Part shown: in pieces, positions 56,601 to 64,000 of the stretch | Layout: each line of letters begins with the position of its first letter | Numbering within the stretch: position 1 is the first letter of the stretch | Origin: Paraspadella gotoi | Taxonomy: Eukaryota; Animalia; Chaetognatha | Direction of reading: 5' to 3' | DNA: 64,000 nucleotides | Assembly (NCBI GenBank): GCA_051294375.1 | Contig: CM119267.1 | Location: forward strand, 14,873,694-14,937,693 | Notes under the pieces: model-generated | The model's database searches: none | Seen by the model: only the letters and a program-made list of their open reading frames with translations | What the model was told of the DNA's origin: nothing | Made by a program: the position numbers and the translations under genes

Positions 56601-57327
56601 TCGGTCACTTTCTGCTTTTCAAGAGAGTGGGACAGAGAGAGAGAGAGAGAGAGAAAGAGAGATAGAATAATTAAATTAATTATACCTTTGACTTTGAATA
56701 TATTTAAATTTTGATAGGCAACGAAATAATTTTGCTTTTCTGGTTCTCAAGTCTGACCGCGAGATCGTGGTCTATTTCACCTCGACGATCGATTTGGGAC
56801 GAGGGCGAGGTCGGGGGAGGGGAGGGTCTCTCTTTTGAACCCGGTGTCCATCCAGAACGTCGAAGATGACAGTGCTGCCCCACCAACTGTGATCGTCTCG
56901 GTCGAGTGCATTCACCTTTTTATGGCTTTTGACCTTGGAGAGAGACAATTCTTTTTTCTTTGGGGGGGTGAAAGGTTTAAAAAAACTGATTTGTTGAGTA
57001 TTGTAACAGAATAAGCTACAGAAAAGTCGAAATTCGAAAGGTGAAATAAATGCAGATACTGAAAATAGCAAAAAATCTTCCAAGACGTGTTTCATCATTG
57101 TTCATTCTTCATTCATAATGAATGGTTATATCAGATCTTTCCGATTTGGTAAAAGAACGTCCGGAAACGCCCAAAGAATCTGCACGGGAAATTGAGGAAA
57201 AGAAACTTTAAATTAAAGAAAAAGAGAGAGAGAGATTAAATGTAGTCAAAAAAAGCTAGCTGTCTCCGTCTCGTGAGAAACGCCTGTTGAATGAAGCCAG
57301 AAAAACCGAACGAGTTTGTTATGTTTT

Positions 57328-57363
<36 letters not shown>

Positions 57364-58245
57364 AAGAAAAAAAGTTTCTTCCTCGATTTTTCTCCTGATC
57401 GATAGTCGAGGAATAATTTCTTGCTTTTTTTTTTATTTTTGGGGCGAAGTTGTGGTTCGTGCGAAATCAATATCATTATAAATCTAATTATTATTATTAT
57501 GAAGCCATCGTCGAGTCGAATGTCGATAGAGACTAAGACCGTTATTTTCTCGGAATCTCGCCGATCGAATTTCGTTATAAAAAAAAAAAGTGACCAAAGG
57601 AATTTCCCCCCTCGAGTCCGTTACGCCGCATATAAAACGTTCGACGACCTCAAAAAGAAAGAAAAAAGGAAAAAAAAAAGTAAAAAAAAATCTCGGTCGC
57701 AATATTATTTTTTTTTCTCGGATGCGGAAAGTCATTAAAAGAAAAGGAGAGACGGCTGTGTCTTAGAAGGTCGCCTGTTTTTCCACGAACATAAATCATT
57801 TTCAAAGCAAAAGAGTTTCATTAAACGCTTAACGCTGAGTGGAGAGAAGAGGGGAAGATGGATGGGTGGCAGGGGAGGCAGGGTTGCAGGGGGGGGGGTG
57901 AGTTTAGGACGGCAAGCAAATTGGTTGCTGGGGTGTGTATCTGGTGTCCAGACTTTGTGAGCAGGGATAATGAAAACGTACCTAGGTCTGGAAAAGAAAG
58001 CGTCAAGAGAACTTCTCTTGAAAAAAAAACAAAAAAAAAACAAAAAAACCTTTGTTTAGCACGCCTAGTAGAGTCAATCCTATTTTTGAAACGGCTCGGC
58101 CCACAGATAAGAAAAAAAATCTCATTGCCTACGGGTTCAATTATTTAACTCGATGTTACGTACAAATTGTAAACATTACTAAATAAAAAAAGACGAAACA
58201 ACGCGTGATATATTATTCGAAACGGTGCGTGCACTTTGACAAAAG

Positions 58246-58346
<101 letters not shown>

Positions 58347-58652
58347 AGAGATTACTTGACATTCCTTATTTTTAATTTTCAACCACACAGTCGCCCTCAT
58401 TTTAGTCGCGATCTCGTTGATTCGATTACCGATGACCAACAACAGAAAAAATCATATCCGATGCCCGTCCCTTGCGAAGCTTCCAGCTTACAATAAAGTA
58501 AACCCGAGCTTACAATGATATTACGTAAGTCTGCCCTTTTTTTTGCAAGCAAAAATTTTTAGAGTAAGAGAAACTCTTCTTCCAGTATCCATCTACTAAC
58601 CTCATCAATTTAAAAACAAACTAAACAAACAAAAAAGCAACGTGATCCCGTC

Positions 58653-61380
58653 ATGTCCGTGACCGGAAACGCCCCCGACGCCGACGTCTATGAGAGAGAC
58701 GAATTTGGCAACGTCCGGCAAATCAGTTCTTCCGGCAGAACTTCTCTCAAGAGATTTTCAAGTTTCATGTCGGGCAACGTTGTCGTCAACGACGGCTCTG
58801 TCGGTCCCGTCGTCGGTAACAACACCGTCGTCCAAAACGGAAACGTCGCCCACGACGACGACGACAACGACGAAGTCTTCGGCCCCGAACTCGCCGCGGC
58901 GTCGTCCGGCGAAGGATATTTCCTGCCTCGAAATCTCAGCGACGCCCGCTTCGAAGACGCCGCCGAGAAGTCGGACGAACCTGGCGGGGCGCCGATAAAC
59001 GGCGCCGAGGTGCCCGATTTGATCAAGCTGCCCCGCCCGTCGACCCTTTCCTTGCCAGGGATTTCGCCCGGCCCATCGCCCGTCGTTTCGCCTTCTTTCT
59101 CGCCGAGAGCGTCGCACACACCCTCGCCGATTCGTTCGTCCGCGAAACTCTCCTTCGAAGAGATCGAAACGAAGGCGCCTTCGATCGACGCAGATCGATT
59201 TCGATTCAACTCTTCTCCCGTTGACGACGAAGAAACTCGCGTCAAAACGCCTTTGCTTCCTGATTTCCAAGACGCCGCCGCCGAAGTCGCCACCGCTGCC
59301 CCGGCCCCCGGCTCCGTCCGCAAAGCCGCCGACTTTGTCAACATCCGGTCGATGTTCGAGAACGCCGGCAAGAATGGGCGAGGGAAGGAAATCAACAACA
59401 ATGACGACAACGGGACACAGACAAACGCCCACAATCCCATTTACAAATCCACGATCGAGTCGCCTTCATCTCGACACGCCCCTTCCCTCCCGCAGGACAA
59501 ATCTCCCTACGCCACCGCCGGCCTTTTTCATCACGCCCGTCACCCTCCACCCGACGAGGCCCCGCCGGACGCTCCTCTCGGCGCACCCGGCGCGGGGGAG
59601 CAGCTTCCTGCCGCGCACCGCGGTTCGCTCGTCGTCGGCTACGAATCGGGAGGCGTGGCCGACTTGGTGTTTCTCTCCCAATCGGGAGCGAAGAAGCAAA
59701 GGAGCCGATCGCGTGGATCGTTGCGTCAAAAGGAGGCGGGGCAAACGACGGAGACGGCGTCAGCGTCGCCGTCTCCTTACGGCAGCGTTTTTTTCTCGCG
59801 GCGTCGTGAAGCCGACGGGGAACGCCGAGTCGGAGTCGTTCAGGATCCGACGCCGATAAACGAGCCTCTCGCCGTTACTCAACTTCCGGTCGAGAATACA
59901 TCCGGCGACACTCCTCCGGCTTTGCCAATTAAGAAAAGGACTTCAATCGCATCGGCGGCTGCGTCAAGATCGACAGCGGCCGCGTCGGAATCTACGGCGG
60001 TTGTGTCGGCATTGACAGCGGCTGCGCCATCTTCGACGGCGGCTGTATCGAAACCGACGATGGTCACGTCGGCGACTGGGTCGACACCGATAGCGACTGC
60101 CTCGGCGTCGAAGGCGGCAGCGCCCGCCGCGTCAGTCGGCAGCTTCGAGTCGAGGCGCGAGTTTTTCCAGACGCAGGCGTCTAGAGGGTCGCCCGATCGA
60201 TCAAGCGCCATTGGCGAAAGCGTCGGAGTCGTCCAGCGCCATTCAATGACCCCGGAAGTTGGCGCCGGTTCGTTCGTTGCCTCCGCCTCCTCTCCCGTAG
60301 TCGTTGACAACAACAACAACGACGACGCCGTTCGGGTCTCAGAAGCTCGTCGCGCCTTCGCCGCCGCCCGCGCCAACATCGAGAGTTTATCTCTCGGCGG
60401 CGGATCGACTCCTCCGGCAAGCGTCACCTTTTCCGTCGACGCCTCCAAACGGCATAGCGATCGGCGACGTCCTTCGAAAGCGCCGCCGCCGGATAAGCGA
60501 GAAGATTTTCGCAAGCGGAGTGGAATCAGACTTCCCGGAGTGGCGGACAACGCCGCCGCCGCAGCCGCCGCTGCAGCCGCCTCTTCCGCCTCCCCGAACG
60601 CGAGAAGGTTGCCGGAAGGACGCGACGGAAAGTCGCAGTCGCCGGAAAGGAAGGATCGAAAGCCGCCGGACGGACGGGAAGACCGCAAATCTTTGCGGAA
60701 GAAGAAAAAATCGTCGGCGAAGTCAAAGAAGAGACCGAAGGGGGCGTCGCCGGCGCCGGCGCCGGACGAGGAGCCGTTGAAGGTGGACGTGACGACGCCT
60801 TTCGTGGCCGTGGTGGCGCCGAATCCGCGTCAAGCGGCATCGGGCGACGGGGACGGCAGAGATTATCGAGTGAATTTTCGGGGACAGCAACAACCGCTGT
60901 ACCCACCGCAGCAGCAACAGCTGTCGCTGCAGGCAAGAAGGAATTGGGGCCCGCAGCGGGATAATCCGCTTTACCACGCGCCGACAGCAGCCGCGCCACT
61001 TTCTCCGCCGATTTCGACGACTCCGGCAACGGCGACGGTTGAATCACCGTTGGAAACGGCGTCGTTGACGACGACTACGAGAAAGGATTTGACGCCGCTG
61101 TTGGTGACACAGGAATCGAACGACTCGTGGGGAACGAGGTAGGACTACAAAAACGACGACTACAGTATTTCTGTAATGATTAAATATAATCCTTTCTAAA
61201 ACTAGCGCAACGACGACGACCACAATTATTTAATATACCACATTCTGAGAATAAAAAACAAAAACCGCCGCCCAATTTTTTCAGCTTCACCACGCCCACT
61301 TCCCTCGACGCCGGAAACGATCGTCGAGTCGAGCGTCGAAGTCTTGACTCCTCTATCTCCTCCATCGGTTCCTTCGCCAG
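58653..61380 (+). CDS. Pro/Ser/Ala-rich protein, 5' part (3' end not found)
   Basis: 829-aa ORF ending at donor AG/GTAGGA (61138); next in-phase exon 61285-61380 ends AG/GTGAGT. Contains DTPPALPIKKR. Confidence 0.7.
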
Positions 61381-62097
61381 GTGAGTTTGCTTCCTTCTTT
61401 TTCTCTTCGCGAATTTTCTCGAATTGAGTTGGATTTTTCGCGCGCTTTTTTTCTTTCATGAATAATGTTTACGTTAACGATTTGTTTTGGGGGAATGGGG
61501 GAATGAGATAGTGAATATTTTTTATTCTAAAGTTACGGATCTTCCTACAGAAACTGAAATAGTCACAATATATCTAAATACCGAGTTTTGGTACTTCTTT
61601 TGCGGTGCCTTTTACCTTTTTATACTACATCCATTAATTCCATATTACCTAAAGTGACTTACGATTACTATGAAAAGTTAAATTATTTTATGATTGCATG
61701 CAATAAACGCATTAATCAATAATCAATAATCATCGTCATAAATGAAGTAATGTCGTAGTTGTTAATACACAGATGAACAACAATCGCTTGCACAGTTTTT
61801 CTCGTTTCAGAACATTAGCTCCATGGCGATCATCTGACTTGTTTTCCGCGCCGAGAACAATTGAAAAGAAAAGGGATTTACGTGAGTCGTAGTCTCGGTC
61901 GTCGCGAAACCAAAAATAATAAATAGAATTGGAGACGACTTAAATTGTCCGATATAAAAAAACAGTAAGAGTTCAGCTTCTAATATTAAATCGGGACTCG
62001 TAAACGCAGTAAAAATCGTAAACCTGTCACGAAATAATAATAAAAAAATCGAAACGAAAAGTGACGAAAAGTTAGCTCACGAGGGGGCGGGGCAACG

Positions 62098-62844
62098 ATG
62101 AACGGCTCCCTTCGTTTCCCCGCCTCAACGTTGGCGGCGCTGTTTCTTTTGTCGAGTCACGTCAGCGGCCATTTTGTTTTTTTGACGGTCAACGAGACAA
62201 AGCCCTTACTCGGGAGCAGTGGGTGGATGGACGCCAAGAAAGAGTGCAGTCAGACATCTTTGGACGCTCGACCCTGCAACGTTGACGATTTGATTATGGC
62301 AGGCAAAAACTGGTAATTGTTTAAAAATGTATTTATGAATTATAATGACGTATATCGTATAATCTAATACATATAATCTTTGTTTTATAAATCTTACAGT
62401 TCTTGTTAAAATAAATGAGCATTTTGTTAAGTAATGTGATACTGATTACCTACCTTACCCTAAGGGAAAGTATCTTTATCTTTGTTAGTAATATATTTAC
62501 CAACTTTCGAGAAACGAAAACAATCAAAATACCCATCGCCGTGGTCCAGGTTCTCATACGGGTCGAGTTGGGCGCAGTTCGGCGATTTCTTCGCAGCTCG
62601 CGGTGAAGCCAAAGTCATGACCTGCACCGACGACGGCGTTGAAAACGACGAGACATGTCACGAAGGCGTCGTAGTCTCCAGGAGCTTCACCTTTCCCGAC
62701 GCTGCTTCGGGAACGAACAGGAAGACTTACTGTTGCTTGCAATACAAGAAGGAAAATTGCCGGACGGGTGAGAAACTTACTTTATTTATAAATAAATTAA
62801 TAAATAAATAAATAAATAAATAAATTAAATAAATAAATAAATAA

Positions 62845-62880
<36 letters not shown>

Positions 62881-62906
62881 AAATAAAAAAATAAATAAAT
62901 AAATAA

Positions 62907-62937
<31 letters not shown>

Positions 62938-64000
62938 AAAATAAAGAAAGAAAGAGAAAGAAAGAAGAAAAAAAAAAATAAGAAAAACTGAAAAATAAAA
63001 CAAATTCCATTTATTTTCAAAAGGCTACGATTGGGCTAAAAAACTGGAGAAGACCCAAGAAACCTACTCGGAATACGTCCTGATTCACGACGACCTCACC
63101 GACAATTGGATCTCGATATCGTTAGTGACGCGCAACGCTCACCTCAGAAAAATAAAAGAATGGAAAAAGGATGTTGTGTTGGTTCACTACTGCAAGGAGA
63201 GGGGATACGACATGACCGTTTGGAACACTGGGTCGGTCAGGAGGAGGCGATCGCTCGAAGACGTCAGTTTCACAGGTGAGAGGTTGAAGTTTCTCAGTGA
63301 AGGAGGTTAATACTGCGAAATGTGATGGAAGGTAGTTGCGCATAAATTTTATAAATTAGAAAAAATAGACAAAATTACTTTGATATAGGTTATACTTACA
63401 TATAGCAGCATTTATAAATTTCGTATTAAAACATAATTTTTAACGGAACTACCATTTTCTTTTTTAAAGCAATGTTGGATCGTTGTAATTAATTTATGAG
63501 AAAGTTATAATAGTTAATCCCTACAGTATCACAAAAGTTTTTATAGAAGTTTTACTTAAGTGTTCTAATAATATTTCAGACATTGAGTATTAAAAATTTA
63601 CACTACTTGGCGCCAGATTAGTTTAAATTTCTGGCTTTTTTGCTCTTAGAAAAAAAAGAAGCTTTTAACATAATACCTTTTTACAATTTAATTCCTTCTA
63701 GATCCCGACCTCGCCTCTGGCATTTCCCTTTCCGGATGGGGCGGAGAGGCCCAAGCGCCGGTGTCTCCATCCGTCTACACCGGGGACGTCCCATCCTTTC
63801 CTTACACTTGCTCCCCTGGCGGCTGGTTTCATCCGATTCAGTACGACAACGCCACCGAGCGATTCTTCTGCGTGACGCCGTTCGGCGGCGTTATTGACGC
63901 CACCGTCGGCGCTAACTTCAGCGCCGCTTCCTCCCCGGCGCAGCTCTGGCGCTGCCGCTTCTCCCACACCTTCAACTTTCTACGGAGCTCGGCAGTAGTT
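62098..64000 (+). CDS. Secreted Cys-containing protein with furin-type site and degenerate thyroglobulin type-1-like repeat (runs off window)
   Basis: Exons 62098-62312, 62550-62767, 63024-63275, 63702-64000+, in phase. Signal peptide ..STLAALFLLSSHVSG; RRRR/S; YTCSPGGWFHPIQYDNATERFFCVTPFGGVIDAT. Confidence 0.7.
62787..62945. repeat. (AAAT)n microsatellite in an intron
   Basis: Read directly. Confidence 0.95.

Overview
Eukaryotic (invertebrate metazoan-type) genomic DNA: compact, intron-rich and full of (AG)n microsatellites, with a 22-N gap at 52405-52426. The ORF track is mostly exon fragments and noise, so I built gene models by hand from splice sites and reading phase. Genes, left to right: (1) a Gi/o-class G-alpha gene (-), whose 6.6-kb intron 2 holds (2) an antisense 13-exon gene joining an XK-related multipass domain to two C-type lectin domains; (3) KIF12 kinesin (+), with two U5 snRNA genes in its introns that carry octamer/PSE-like promoters and a shared non-canonical Sm site; (4) an orphan with an eh1-like motif; (5) a large disordered protein with short linear motifs; (6) syntaxin-1 (-), with two pairs of duplicated internal exons and five alternative transmembrane terminal exons; (7) a Pro/Ser-rich protein with a Crk-SH3-type motif; (8) a secreted protein with a thyroglobulin-like repeat, cut by the window edge. 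Also present: four GC-AG introns, A-tract acceptors, SINE-like and foldback repeats, and a hammerhead-like hairpin. Best candidates for something new are the XK-lectin fusion, the variant U5 pair and the combinatorial syntaxin locus. No database searches were run.
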